Below, piece after piece: positions 25,897 through 37,570 of a stretch of DNA of 60,008 bases. Below the pieces are notes generated by a model. That model saw only the letters and a program-made list of their open reading frames with translations. It made no database searches and was not told the origin of the DNA. The DNA comes from a virus (Duplodnaviria; Caudoviricetes): IMG/VR virus record IMGVR_UViG_3300021090_000002, positions 1 through 60,008 of that record. One strand, written 5' to 3'. Position 1 is the first letter of the stretch; each line of letters begins with the position of its first letter. Position numbers and translations under genes: made by a program.

Positions 25897-28272
25897 TCAG
25901 CCTCTATACCAAGTCGGCTTGCGGCCCGCGCTACGCAGGCTCTTGCGCGAGGCGTAGCGCTGCAACTGACCGACAACATCCGAACCGCCCATCATCGGGA
26001 ACGACTCGCCGCCTATGTTGACGTTGACGGGTCGTAGCGATCCGCTGCCCGCCTGTGCAGTCGCTAGCCCGCCGTCTGCGAAGCGGGAGACAGATGGCAT
26101 AAACGACGACGCTGCATGCGCCAAACCGCCCATGTTGAAGCCGCGCCCCTGCATGAGTGCGCGAACTTTCTCAATCGGGATTTGCATCCGGCGAATCGCT
26201 TCCATAAACGCGACGCCGTAGCCTTGGACGGATCGAGCCGGCTGAACGAACTCGCCATCTGACAGCCGCGCCGGAATGGAATCGCTTCGCGAGCTTCCCG
26301 GCCCTCGCACATGTCCGCCGCGTGCGAAGCCCGTCGTTTCCGTTCCGTCGCCGCTTCCGCCGGTAGCCGCTTTGACCGCGGCGATCACTCGCTTTGCGCC
26401 TGCGATGATTGAATCGAAGACACCCAAGATTTTATCGCGCCAATCTGTGAATATCCCGGTCACAAAACTTAGAGCGTCATTGAAGACACCCTTGACGCTA
26501 TCCAATGCGCCCGTAGCTTTGGAAACAATCCAATCCCAGACGCCAGTGACGAAATCACGGATCGCCGTCCATGCGTCAACGAATGGCTGAACAATTTTGC
26601 CGAGCCATGAAAGGATGACTTGGAAGCCCTCTGCCGTCTTGGCCTTGATCGCCTCCCATACGTCTGAGGCAATCTGTTTAAGATTTTTCCAGACTTCAGA
26701 CCAGCCGCCGCTAAAGAGACCAAGCTTTGCTAGTGCCGTCACCACTAAAAAGCCGATCGCCAAACCAAGCGCGATGATAATTCCAATCGGCGAGGCAAGT
26801 ATTGTGACAAGCAAACCAACGGCAGAAACAAGACCCGCAAAGGCGATCTGCGCAACAGCGATGATTCCCGGCACAGCCGCGAGACCAACACTGAAGAGCA
26901 ACACCAACCCGCGAACGGTAGTTGCGACAACGCCAATCGCAGCGCCCAAAAGCCGAAAGCCGCCAAGCAACTTCGTCACCAATAAAATAGTTGCGAGTTG
27001 CCCGCCCGTGAGTTCGGTCCCGAACAGTTTATTCATCGCTACGGCGACCTGATCAAGCACAGCCAAAAACGCAGTGAACGCGGGGACGACGATTCCGTTA
27101 AACGTCTTCTGAACGCCGATGCCAAACGCGATCACACCATCACGGGCCTTGATAAAGAAACCGTTTTTTACGTCCTTGTCGCGGCCATCCAGCAACGCAA
27201 TGAAATCAGCGATGATCGGTCGCGCCTTGGTCGCGATATCAAGTCCGAACTGAAGAATCGCGGCGCGGTTGCGAACGATTGCTTCAATGAACGAATTGAC
27301 AAGGCCAGTAACGGACGGCGCAAAAAGCAGAACGAACGAATCCTTCAAGCTCGCGGACGCACGCGACAGCTTATCAAACGAGTCGTTCAACGTTTGACCG
27401 ATCGATATTTCTAACGCCGTAAGAGGCGGCGCGATCCGCTTCGCTTCCTCTTGGAGCTTGCGAATCCCATCCGCGCCCTGCGCAAAGAAATTCACAGCCC
27501 GCGCATTCTTCGTGCCAACAACCTGCATCACGGTATTGACGCGCTCTAGCGGATTCTCGATATCCTTCACTGCGTCGGCGAAGTCTAGCAGAATGCCTTG
27601 GCCTTCACGAAGCGATCCGTCCACGTTGCGGATACTTACCCCGAGCTTTTGCAGCGGCGATGCGGAAGACGCCGCTTCGTCCCGCATGTCGCGAAGTCGC
27701 TTGTTGTATTGAAGATAGTCAATCTCCCCGCCTTGCAATTCGCGAAACAGCCTGCCCTGTTTCTTGCGAAGATCGTCTTGCTTATCTCCCGATTCGCGAA
27801 CGATGCCGTTCAACTTCGTCAGGGCGCGCGTGAATTTGTCTTCCCCCAAGCCGCTTTGTTCGGCCGCGAAGCGCAACGTTGAAAATTCTTCGGCCGCGAG
27901 TCCAACCGATGCGCCGACTTCCTCAAGCGTATCTGCGCTATCACCCGCGCCGCGAAGAGTCTTTTGAATCCCCGCGCCCGCGAGCGCGATTGACCCGGCG
28001 GCGATGCCAAGATTGCGCACGCTTCCAAGAACTGCCTGTTCAAGGTTGCCGAACTGTTGCCGAACTTTCTGCGCTTCGCCGCCGAACGCCTTAAGGCGCG
28101 CGGTTACAGCATCAATGGATGCGCCGAGTCTCTGAAAGCCGGACGACGCATTAGCGGCGGCGCTAAGTTGCGTAAAAGCCTTCGTGCCCGCATCGCCGAT
28201 CGCTTTCAGTTGCGCCTCGATAGCTTTGCCGCCTTCAAGGGCAATGCGTTGAGTAATCGTTTTACCGGCCAT
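25897..28272 (-). CDS. Tape measure protein
   Basis: 791 aa, Ala/Gly-rich helical, W/F repeats, FARGG.V.GPG...SDSIPARLSDGEFV. Confidence 0.9.
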   Translation of the reverse strand: MAGKTITQRIALEGGKAIEAQLKAIGDAGTKAFTQLSAAANASSGFQRLGASIDAVTARLKAFGGEAQKVRQQFGNLEQAVLGSVRNLGIAAGSIALAGAGIQKTLRGAGDSADTLEEVGASVGLAAEEFSTLRFAAEQSGLGEDKFTRALTKLNGIVRESGDKQDDLRKKQGRLFRELQGGEIDYLQYNKRLRDMRDEAASSASPLQKLGVSIRNVDGSLREGQGILLDFADAVKDIENPLERVNTVMQVVGTKNARAVNFFAQGADGIRKLQEEAKRIAPPLTALEISIGQTLNDSFDKLSRASASLKDSFVLLFAPSVTGLVNSFIEAIVRNRAAILQFGLDIATKARPIIADFIALLDGRDKDVKNGFFIKARDGVIAFGIGVQKTFNGIVVPAFTAFLAVLDQVAVAMNKLFGTELTGGQLATILLVTKLLGGFRLLGAAIGVVATTVRGLVLLFSVGLAAVPGIIAVAQIAFAGLVSAVGLLVTILASPIGIIIALGLAIGFLVVTALAKLGLFSGGWSEVWKNLKQIASDVWEAIKAKTAEGFQVILSWLGKIVQPFVDAWTAIRDFVTGVWDWIVSKATGALDSVKGVFNDALSFVTGIFTDWRDKILGVFDSIIAGAKRVIAAVKAATGGSGDGTETTGFARGGHVRGPGSSRSDSIPARLSDGEFVQPARSVQGYGVAFMEAIRRMQIPIEKVRALMQGRGFNMGGLAHAASSFMPSVSRFADGGLATAQAGSGSLRPVNVNIGGESFPMMGGSDVVGQLQRYASRKSLRSAGRKPTWYRG

Positions 28273-28918
28273 CGGTTTGAACCTTGCTGAAATAGAGCGA
28301 TGCGAGTTGCTTACTTACGTCCTGCGCAACCCCTGAGATATTAAACCGCTTCTGAATCGTAACCTGTTTCAAGCCAACGAAAAGCGGTACGGCGCTAACT
28401 TTGCCGCGCTTGCCTTCCGAACCCCGACGAAGTTTTGAAAGCGAAAGTTTCAATCCTGAATTGGATCGCTGCGCTTCGCTCAAGCGCACATTAGTCGCGA
28501 GCAAAGGAAGCTTGCCCGGACGATTGAGCGAAAACATTTTAATACCGCGCTCGATAAAGCCGCGAGCCGTTGCGCGGTTGCGCCCATTCTTTGGCGTGCT
28601 GCGCAACGGAATCCAAAGCAGGCCACTCTTACCGACAATCCGCGCGCCCTCTTCGAAGACCAACGAATATGAAATCCGATGAAAGCCAAACGCGGCGGCG
28701 TTGATCGATTCCTTTTTTGACGGATAGATGTTCACCCGCCATGCGTTTTGCCAACGCGATGAAAAACCCGCCGCTCCGATGTTCTGGCGACCTTTGAGCT
28801 TAAGCAAATCCCCAACGGTACGGATCGCTTCCGTTGCGGCATGCGCGATCGTATCGCGTGCGTCCTTGCTGAACGCAACGCGAACTTTGTCCGCGATGTT
28901 GTTTGCCACGATCGCCAT
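28262..28918 (-). CDS. Basic tail-associated protein (DUF6441-like)
   Basis: FEEGA.I.G...LWIPL, VPLF. Confidence 0.55.
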   Translation of the reverse strand: MAIVANNIADKVRVAFSKDARDTIAHAATEAIRTVGDLLKLKGRQNIGAAGFSSRWQNAWRVNIYPSKKESINAAAFGFHRISYSLVFEEGARIVGKSGLLWIPLRSTPKNGRNRATARGFIERGIKMFSLNRPGKLPLLATNVRLSEAQRSNSGLKLSLSKLRRGSEGKRGKVSAVPLFVGLKQVTIQKRFNISGVAQDVSKQLASLYFSKVQTDGR

Positions 28919-29529
28919 TTAGTCCCGCGTCCATTCGCGAACTTGCTTTTTCAAATCCTTCGGATCGCCGCGCGATGCCATTGCGCCGATATTCAGCGCT
29001 TCGGCGTTCGCGAACGCCCGGCGCTTGGAAGCAATAAACAAAAACGCAGAAATCCGACGCGGCGTATAAGACCAAACGTCGCGCGGATCGTGACCGGCCG
29101 AAATTAGCTCTTCGACCGCTGCGGCGATTTCGTAACCGGAATGTTTGTAGGCCCTGCGTCCAACACGCCCGCGATTGCCGTGAGGGCCTCCACGAAAGGG
29201 GCAACACCTTTCGGCATCGTCGCTTCGATGATCTTCTGGATAAGCTCAAGCTGTTCATGCGCGGCGAGCGACGCGGCGACCGCTTCAACTTCGACGCTGC
29301 CCGGCATCCCCGTCCCGGCGGCGATGATCGCGGCGATTGCTTCCGGTGCCAGCTTGAAGATCGTTTCGGCGTCAAGCTTCGGCTCGCGCCCTGTCAAAAG
29401 CTCGCGGAAGACGGGGAAGCGTTGAAGCAACACGGCAAAGCCGGTTGCAGAAACTCCGGTGATGGGAATGGACGTGCCGCGTACGGGGACCGTGAGCGAA
29501 GACGGGGCGATATCAAGCAAGCCGGGCAT
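28919..29529 (-). CDS. Tail assembly chaperone, -1 frameshift product (G-T, 203 aa)
   Basis: Slippery C CCT TTC at 29200-29194; -1 frame open to TAA abutting the next ATG. Confidence 0.8.
29104..29529 (-). CDS. Tail assembly chaperone (gpG analogue)
   Basis: Between major tail and tape measure genes. Confidence 0.8.
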   Translation of the reverse strand: MPGLLDIAPSSLTVPVRGTSIPITGVSATGFAVLLQRFPVFRELLTGREPKLDAETIFKLAPEAIAAIIAAGTGMPGSVEVEAVAASLAAHEQLELIQKIIEATMPKGVAPFVEALTAIAGVLDAGPTNIPVTKSPQRSKS

Positions 29530-29562
29530 GTTCTAAAATCCTCTTTCTAAAAGTCATCTTGG

Positions 29563-29587
29563 CCCGGCCGCAAAATACGCGGCCGGG
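29563..29587 (-). terminator. Hairpin after major tail gene
   Basis: CCCGGCCGC-N7-GCGGCCGGG; weak U tract. Confidence 0.5.
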
Positions 29588-29603
29588 GAAAATCTTCGAA
29601 CCG

Positions 29604-30161
29604 CTATACGGACTCGGACTCGGACTCGCTTGGATAGTCGCCGGACTCGCCGCCTTCGAGGGCAAGCAGCGTTGCGGTGCCGAAGCTTCCGTTGACAACC
29701 GCACACTCGCCGGTCACTTCAAGCTGGCCCCATTCGTCCGAAATCGGATTGAGCGACGACGACGGAAGAAAATCGACCTTGTTCAGGAGGATGATCCAGC
29801 GGGGACCAACTTCGTTCGTTCCGGTGAAACGCAGTTCGCCGGAAATCGCGTTCTCCGAGAAAATATCGATTTCCGTGTATCCATCCGAATTCGTCTCGGG
29901 ATCGCCAAGCAGCGCGAGGCCCAGATTGTGCGCGTTCCATTCTTCCATGAGAACGCGGACCGTCATCGATTTTTTGAGCACGATGGTTCGATCCTTCGAC
30001 CGAACGCCTTCCATCGAAGAGAAGTGCTCAAGAGATTCGGCGTTCGGCGTGAGTTCGAATTCGGGCACGTTGCCAAGATGCTTCCAGACGCTCGCGCCCG
30101 TGCGCTTGAATTCAACGATGCCTTTGCCGACGAAATAGTTGGTGATATTCGGGGCGGACAT
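29604..30161 (-). CDS. Major tail (tube) protein
   Basis: YFVGKG, LGNVPEFELT, HFSS..G....D. Confidence 0.85.
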   Translation of the reverse strand: MSAPNITNYFVGKGIVEFKRTGASVWKHLGNVPEFELTPNAESLEHFSSMEGVRSKDRTIVLKKSMTVRVLMEEWNAHNLGLALLGDPETNSDGYTEIDIFSENAISGELRFTGTNEVGPRWIILLNKVDFLPSSSLNPISDEWGQLEVTGECAVVNGSFGTATLLALEGGESGDYPSESESESV

Positions 30162-30192
30162 GACAGACTCCTGACTCTGATTTGTGAGACTG

Positions 30193-30657
30193 TCAGGCCG
30201 GAATCAAATCCGGCCGCAAAACGTACCGAAAGGCAAAGCTAATTCCCGCGATACCTTCGATGGTGCGTCCGGCCGCAAATCCGGTTGCAAATCCGGCATA
30301 ACGTAAATCCCCGTCATGGCACAGGGCAACTAACGTTTCATCGTGCAAAACCGCCCGAATTACCTTGCGTCGAAGGGTGTTCAGGGCCGGGCCGATATCG
30401 TCCGCATTCTTCTGCACCAACAAATGCACTTCCGGAGTCATCACGACGATAACCGGCGTTGTCGCCGGACGTTTTCGCCCATACGCGGATTCCTCCGGCT
30501 CTTCGTCGGCGTCTAGAAGAATCAGCGCGCCGTCTTTTACTTTCTTTTCCGGCACGCTGATCTGATTACGGTACGCGTTATCCGCGCCCGCAACCGACTT
30601 CAAAACAGCAAGCAGGCGTGTAAGGATCGCTTCGCGATTATCGAATGCGGCGGCCAT
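30193..30657 (-). CDS. Tail terminator protein
   Basis: REAIL..L..VL start; directly before major tail gene. Confidence 0.65.
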   Translation of the reverse strand: MAAAFDNREAILTRLLAVLKSVAGADNAYRNQISVPEKKVKDGALILLDADEEPEESAYGRKRPATTPVIVVMTPEVHLLVQKNADDIGPALNTLRRKVIRAVLHDETLVALCHDGDLRYAGFATGFAAGRTIEGIAGISFAFRYVLRPDLIPA

Positions 30658-30672
30658 GACGTTTGACTCCGA

Positions 30673-32304
30673 TTAGGTTAGAACTGTGAAGCGAATACGG
30701 CCGTGCGCGCCGGGGCCGCTGTTTGCGAAAGTACCGACTGCCGCTACACCGGCTGCACCAACTGCAAAGCTAATACCTGATCCGACAGCCGGGCCGCCGC
30801 TTGCAAGCGTGACTATGTGTGAGACGTACGCGCCCGAACCGCCACCGGGAGCGCCTTTCGATACAGCGGTTGACGTTACACCACCGCCCGCGCCCGAACC
30901 GCCGCCTCCGGGTCCGCTGCCAGCATTACCAGCAATGAAGCCGTTGCTCGCCGGATGCGTCACACTCGCGCCGCCCACGCCGCCGCTACCGGGCGCATTA
31001 CCGCCAGCGCCAGACGTTGACGTGCCACCGTCGTTTCGCGTCTGCCCCGCCCCGGCTGTACCGCCGCTGGTGTTAACACTGTTGCCGCCGCTAGCTGTTG
31101 CCGCCGCGCCCGGAGTATGTTCACCGGATGCTGGATTGCCACCATTTGCAGTAAGGTTAAGCGTTGACACCGTTGACGCACCGGGGCCGGTCGGATGAAT
31201 GGAAGCACCGGCAAGGCTTGTCAGCGCCGAACCGCCGCAACCCGGTCCCCAGACCTCAATCTTCATCGTGTTGTAGTTAGGCGTTGTTTGCGATCCCGAA
31301 CCGGAGTCGAACGTCGCAAGAATGCCGGTCGTGACTCCTGCCACTGTGCCGGTCGCGCTACTCGTCACCGATTCACTAAAACCTTGCGCGTCCGTGTACG
31401 CGACACGACACTTAAGCGTGCTGCCAACATCGGACACGGTAGCAACATACGTTGACGCCGTTGCGCCTCCAATGTCAGTGCTTGCGCCGCGAACCCATTG
31501 ATATGTGATTCCGGTTGCCGCGCCGTCCGGGTCATTGTTGTTGAACGTCGCGGTGCATGTTTGACCTTGCTGCGCAGTAGTCGCAAACGCGACCGACACC
31601 GTGGCGTCGCCGTCGTCCGTGTAAACCGCCGCCGTCGAATTCGAGTCAATCGCTTCCGAGAAACCTTGCCCATCCGTGTAACTGACACGACACTTAAGCG
31701 TGCTGCCAACGTCGGACCCGGTAGCAACATACGTTGACGCCGTTGCGCCTCCAATGTCAGTGCTTGCGCCGCGAACCCATTGGTATGTGATTCCGGTTGC
31801 CGCGCCGTCCGGGTCATTGTTGTTGAACGTGCATGTGAGAGTTAGACCAACGCCGGGATTTCCTGTGACAGTTGCAGTTGCGTCGCCGCTGTCGATCCCG
31901 GCAACTGCCGCTGTGCTATTTGAATAGATTATCTCAAAGAAACTTTTTGCGTCCTTATAGATAACGCGGCATTTGATGGTGTGGCCGGGGTCTGTATTGG
32001 TTAATACATACGTTGACGAAGTTGCGCCGTTGATTACTGTTTCTGAATCACGAATCCATTGATACGTCGGACCTTCTATAGCCGCACCGTCCGGGTCGTC
32101 ATCGTTGAACGTGCAAGTTAGTGTTTGCCCTTCTGTTGCGGTTCCTGTAACGGTCGCGGTTGCGTCGCCCGTATCCGCGCTCGGATCAAACCAGCGTATC
32201 GCGCCCCAGACACTACCATCCCATTCAAATTGCGGCGAACCGGGAACCGCTGGGTCCGGATACTGATCGCCGATTGTTGGTGATGCTGGAAAATTCAAAG
32301 CCAT
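30673..32304 (-). CDS. Virion fibre/adhesin: three Ig-like repeats + Gly-rich domain
   Basis: 3x G.TLTC...DPDG..YQW.R...I.GAT.STY; IEVWGPG.GG and Gly-rich C-terminus. Confidence 0.75.
   Translation of the reverse strand: MALNFPASPTIGDQYPDPAVPGSPQFEWDGSVWGAIRWFDPSADTGDATATVTGTATEGQTLTCTFNDDDPDGAAIEGPTYQWIRDSETVINGATSSTYVLTNTDPGHTIKCRVIYKDAKSFFEIIYSNSTAAVAGIDSGDATATVTGNPGVGLTLTCTFNNNDPDGAATGITYQWVRGASTDIGGATASTYVATGSDVGSTLKCRVSYTDGQGFSEAIDSNSTAAVYTDDGDATVSVAFATTAQQGQTCTATFNNNDPDGAATGITYQWVRGASTDIGGATASTYVATVSDVGSTLKCRVAYTDAQGFSESVTSSATGTVAGVTTGILATFDSGSGSQTTPNYNTMKIEVWGPGCGGSALTSLAGASIHPTGPGASTVSTLNLTANGGNPASGEHTPGAAATASGGNSVNTSGGTAGAGQTRNDGGTSTSGAGGNAPGSGGVGGASVTHPASNGFIAGNAGSGPGGGGSGAGGGVTSTAVSKGAPGGGSGAYVSHIVTLASGGPAVGSGISFAVGAAGVAAVGTFANSGPGAHGRIRFTVLT
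31402..31830. repeat. 147-bp near-identical direct repeat (31402-31548 / 31684-31830)
   Basis: 3 mismatches, 282-bp offset equal to one Ig module. Confidence 0.9.
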
Positions 32305-32321
32305 GATACTGCTGCTTTCTC

Positions 32322-34498
<2,177 letters not shown>

Positions 34499-34499
<1 letters not shown>

Positions 34500-34891
34500 T
34501 ACACTGACTCGGATTCGGACTCGGATTCCGACGCGGACGCGGATTCGGATTCGTCGTCCGTCTTGTCCGACAAAATCAAATACACTTCGCCGTCGCGCTC
34601 GCCTTTAGGGGACGGCTTCACGCGATAGCTTGTGACTTCCCAACTCAATCCGTTAAACGCGATCCGCGCGCCTTCGAGCGAGTCAACGGATACGCCGCGC
34701 GCCGTAAGTTCGGCGACGCGCAACACGCCAACCGGCCGGATCGTCTGAATGTTCACGTCTTCGCCGATATCGACTCCGGCGGTCTTATCGAGAATCGTCA
34801 GGTCTTCGTATTCGGAATCCGCGAGCGTGAGCACGGCCGGGACACCCTGAATCGCATAGATCGGGTTGTATAGAAGAGCCTGATAATCCAT
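34499..34891 (-). CDS. Head-tail joining (FII-like) protein with ESES tail
   Basis: Position; GVPAVL..., V.P.P.G...GEV.LIL. Confidence 0.65.
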
Positions 34892-34955
34892 GGTCCGGCC
34901 GTCCTTGCGGCGGACAATTTAGACGGCCGGGGACCTAGAATCAGCTAACGTTTCG
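34892..34955 (-). promoter_or_regulatory. Motif promoter plus RBS-masking hairpin
   Basis: CGAAACGTTAGCTGA; CTGATT-N17-TAAATT; CCGGCCGTC/GACGGCCGG stem. Confidence 0.7.
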
Positions 34956-35583
34956 GAGTCAGAACAACGTCTTTATGAACACGTTCGGCGACGACATAAC
35001 CAATACCGGCAAGCCATTTTTCGGCGTCGCCTTGCTGGCTTCCATACTTTTCGGAAAGCCCTTTGTCTTCAATGACGATTGTTGGACGGTGACGAATGAT
35101 CGTCTTCACCGCGCCCTGCAAGGCGTTGAGTTCGAATCCCTCGATATCGAGATAGAGCAAATCGCAAGCGGGATATTGAAAATCATCGATCCGGACGACG
35201 GGGATTTGCCCGCCGCTCGCGACGTAAAACGCGCCGCAGTTCGCAAGCTCATGCGATGCCAATTCGAGTCGGATCAAATCCGGCATAACACCTAGCGCCG
35301 CCTGCGTCCGAACGACGTTCGGCAGATGCGCCGTGTTCACCGTCAATGCGACGAAGTTCAGCGGATGCGGCTCGAAGGTATAGACCGTTTCGAATTCCTT
35401 CGCGAGCGCGATCGGCCACACGCCGCAATTGCCGCCCGCTTGAACACAAACGCCGCGCCCGCACGTATGCTTGAGTGCAACGGCTAGGTCTTTCGCCATG
35501 TTGAAGATGACTTTGTTGCAGGCAACATCCATTGCTGGAAACAGCAAGCCACGTACACGCTTAAAGCCCTTAATCTCAATCAT
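34945..35583 (-). CDS. FkbM-family SAM methyltransferase
   Basis: QAGGNCG, YTFEP, LDIEGFE..AL.GA..TI....P.I.IE. Confidence 0.88.
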   Translation of the reverse strand: MIEIKGFKRVRGLLFPAMDVACNKVIFNMAKDLAVALKHTCGRGVCVQAGGNCGVWPIALAKEFETVYTFEPHPLNFVALTVNTAHLPNVVRTQAALGVMPDLIRLELASHELANCGAFYVASGGQIPVVRIDDFQYPACDLLYLDIEGFELNALQGAVKTIIRHRPTIVIEDKGLSEKYGSQQGDAEKWLAGIGYVVAERVHKDVVLTPKR

Positions 35584-36217
35584 TTTCCTTCATCCAATCG
35601 TTGACGTGTTGTTGCACTGTTTGAATGATTCCTTTACGCGTGCGAATTTGCGTCTGCATCGCCTCCTTACGATCCGCTTCGGGGAAGTGCGAGAACGGGA
35701 GAAGATTCGCGTACACGCTTCCGTCATGATTCCAAAACAGTTTGCGCGGCTGATCTGAAAACTTTGACCGAACCCCCGCGTCATCGCGCGTCGGCAATAA
35801 CTCGCCATCCGCGAAGACATTGCCGAAGTCATTGACGATCGCCGGAATCAGCAACCTATGTTTGGCGGCGACATACAGACGCGAGCCGCCGACGTACTCG
35901 CAAACGATATTTCGCGGCCGGTTGCGTAAGTGCGGCGGCAACTCGATTTCACTTCGACGCTGCAAGCGGCCGGTGACAAGCATCACCGGGTTAGTCACGC
36001 CGTCGCGCAAGATGCTTTCTTCAAGCAGGCGGTAATGCCCGGTCGCAGCATTGAAAAGTCGCACATACGATTCTTCCATGATATCGCGAACGGGATCGTA
36101 CTTCGCATTCCACCAAGTCTCTTTTCCTTTCCATCGCTTGGCAATTTCAGGAATGAGGCGCGGCGAAGCAAGATTGAAAATGCGTTCAGCACTTAACAGT
36201 ACAAAACGGACGTGCAT
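35576..36217 (-). CDS. ParB/sulfiredoxin-fold-like protein
   Basis: LEESILRDGVTNPV...VGGSRL..A......IPAIV. Confidence 0.5.
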   Translation of the reverse strand: MHVRFVLLSAERIFNLASPRLIPEIAKRWKGKETWWNAKYDPVRDIMEESYVRLFNAATGHYRLLEESILRDGVTNPVMLVTGRLQRRSEIELPPHLRNRPRNIVCEYVGGSRLYVAAKHRLLIPAIVNDFGNVFADGELLPTRDDAGVRSKFSDQPRKLFWNHDGSVYANLLPFSHFPEADRKEAMQTQIRTRKGIIQTVQQHVNDWMKEND

Positions 36218-36840
36218 CACACCAACTCCGTCGCAAGATTCCAAGGCTTTGGCTTTCCGTGAAATACCAAAATGCGAGTCCCTTCCGGCACTTTCCCGGA
36301 CGGCTGAACGTGAACCTTGTATGAGCAAATCGCGCCGGGGTGTGTGTCTTGCCAGCGCAAAACGGAAGACTCGACTCCTAGCACTTCCTCTAGGAAATTC
36401 TGATCGCCGTTATGGCCCGGCCGCTTCACGCTAAAACGCGAAATGATTTCTTGTTCTTTACCGCACCATGCCTGCCACACGCGGGCGCGATCTTCCATCG
36501 TCAGATACATAACGGACGATTGCAGACCGTCCGCGCGATAGAAGTCGCGAAGCATCGTCGTGTTTCCAACGCGAGCAAGGTTCGCGACGGGGCCAAGAAC
36601 CGTTGAGTCCAAATCCATATAGAAAAGATCGCCCTCGATATCCGGGCGAAACAATTCCATTTTTGACCACCATCCGGGATAGTCGTATTTGAGCAAGATA
36701 TTCTGCGGTGCCATGATCACCGGAATATCCGCGAGCGCGACAACATCGCAATCTGTGATCTGCGCAGCTAATCGGCGAACGTGCGTCGGCGTGTACTCTT
36801 TCGACCAGCGCATGACCAAATAGACTTTTGGTTTTGTCAT
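36217..36840 (-). CDS. GT-A glycosyltransferase (GT8-like)
   Basis: WWSKMELF, YMDLD (DxD), GDQ, VFHGKPKPW. Confidence 0.85.
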   Translation of the reverse strand: MTKPKVYLVMRWSKEYTPTHVRRLAAQITDCDVVALADIPVIMAPQNILLKYDYPGWWSKMELFRPDIEGDLFYMDLDSTVLGPVANLARVGNTTMLRDFYRADGLQSSVMYLTMEDRARVWQAWCGKEQEIISRFSVKRPGHNGDQNFLEEVLGVESSVLRWQDTHPGAICSYKVHVQPSGKVPEGTRILVFHGKPKPWNLATELV

Positions 36841-37478
36841 AGGGTGCTTTCTAGCGTTGCCTTCGGCCACCATGTAAGGAGTGAAATCGGACTCGTATTG
36901 ATCACTTCGACTCGAAGCTTTTTCAGATGATCAACGATCAAACAGAGTTGCGTCTGCTGAACCTCCCAAGTCTTGTTGCCGGGTTTGTTTTTCCAAGGAT
37001 GCGCGGCGTGGTGATGCGACACGCCGTTTTCGTCGCGGCACATATCGGCCCCAAGCAAGACGATCTTTCCGCCGATCGCGCCGGGCAGAAGCGCGCCGAT
37101 CTTGTGAACCGCAAGGTTCATCGCGCCTTGAATGCTTGTGCGTTGCGAAGCCAGATGGGCGGGATTCGTGGCGAGGCCGGGCGGCGGGCGAACGCGCAAC
37201 ATGCGCTTGAGGCCGGGGCCGCGTGCCGCCTTGGCGACGGTAACTAGACGGCCCCGAAACGGCTGTAGCGCGGGCCGTGATTGGTGTTCTTTCCACCAAC
37301 GGCTATCCCCGAAGAAAACATAATCAGCGAACGGAACGGCTTCGTAACTCGAATTGACAGCGATCACGCGACGGCCGCGCAATAGCTCCAAATTCTGTTG
37401 CCGAACGCTTGTTCCGCCGCCGACAATGAATACGGTTTCGCCGCGCCAATCCGGCGACGCGGCCCAATAAATGGCCAT
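36837..37478 (-). CDS. DUF115/Maf/sialyltransferase-fold glycosyltransferase-like protein
   Basis: IVGGGTS, IAVN, FGD..WW, IVLLGADM, VINTS..S.L. Confidence 0.7.
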   Translation of the reverse strand: MAIYWAASPDWRGETVFIVGGGTSVRQQNLELLRGRRVIAVNSSYEAVPFADYVFFGDSRWWKEHQSRPALQPFRGRLVTVAKAARGPGLKRMLRVRPPPGLATNPAHLASQRTSIQGAMNLAVHKIGALLPGAIGGKIVLLGADMCRDENGVSHHHAAHPWKNKPGNKTWEVQQTQLCLIVDHLKKLRVEVINTSPISLLTWWPKATLESTL

Positions 37479-37504
37479 GACAATAATTTCTAAAATGGAT
37501 AATG

Positions 37505-37538
37505 AAAAAGCCGTGACGGGGTAATCCCCCATCACGGC
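37505..37538 (-). terminator. Rho-independent terminator after major capsid gene
   Basis: GCCGTGATGGGG...CCCCGTCACGGC followed by TTTTT on minus strand. Confidence 0.8.
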
Positions 37539-37570
37539 CTGATTTCGTCAGTCGTACATCGCCGCGCGGC

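Noticed and set aside
31402-31830. Diversity-generating retroelement TR/VR pair (all three mismatches are A in one copy on +)
   Set aside because: No reverse transcriptase; the differences are T on the coding strand; both copies are in-frame Ig modules.
34505-34552. ESES repeats as tandem GANTC methylation arrays
   Set aside because: GAR-TCN does create GANTC here, but other patches use AGY or S-D order without GANTC, so protein-level selection fits better; a secondary DNA role is not excluded.
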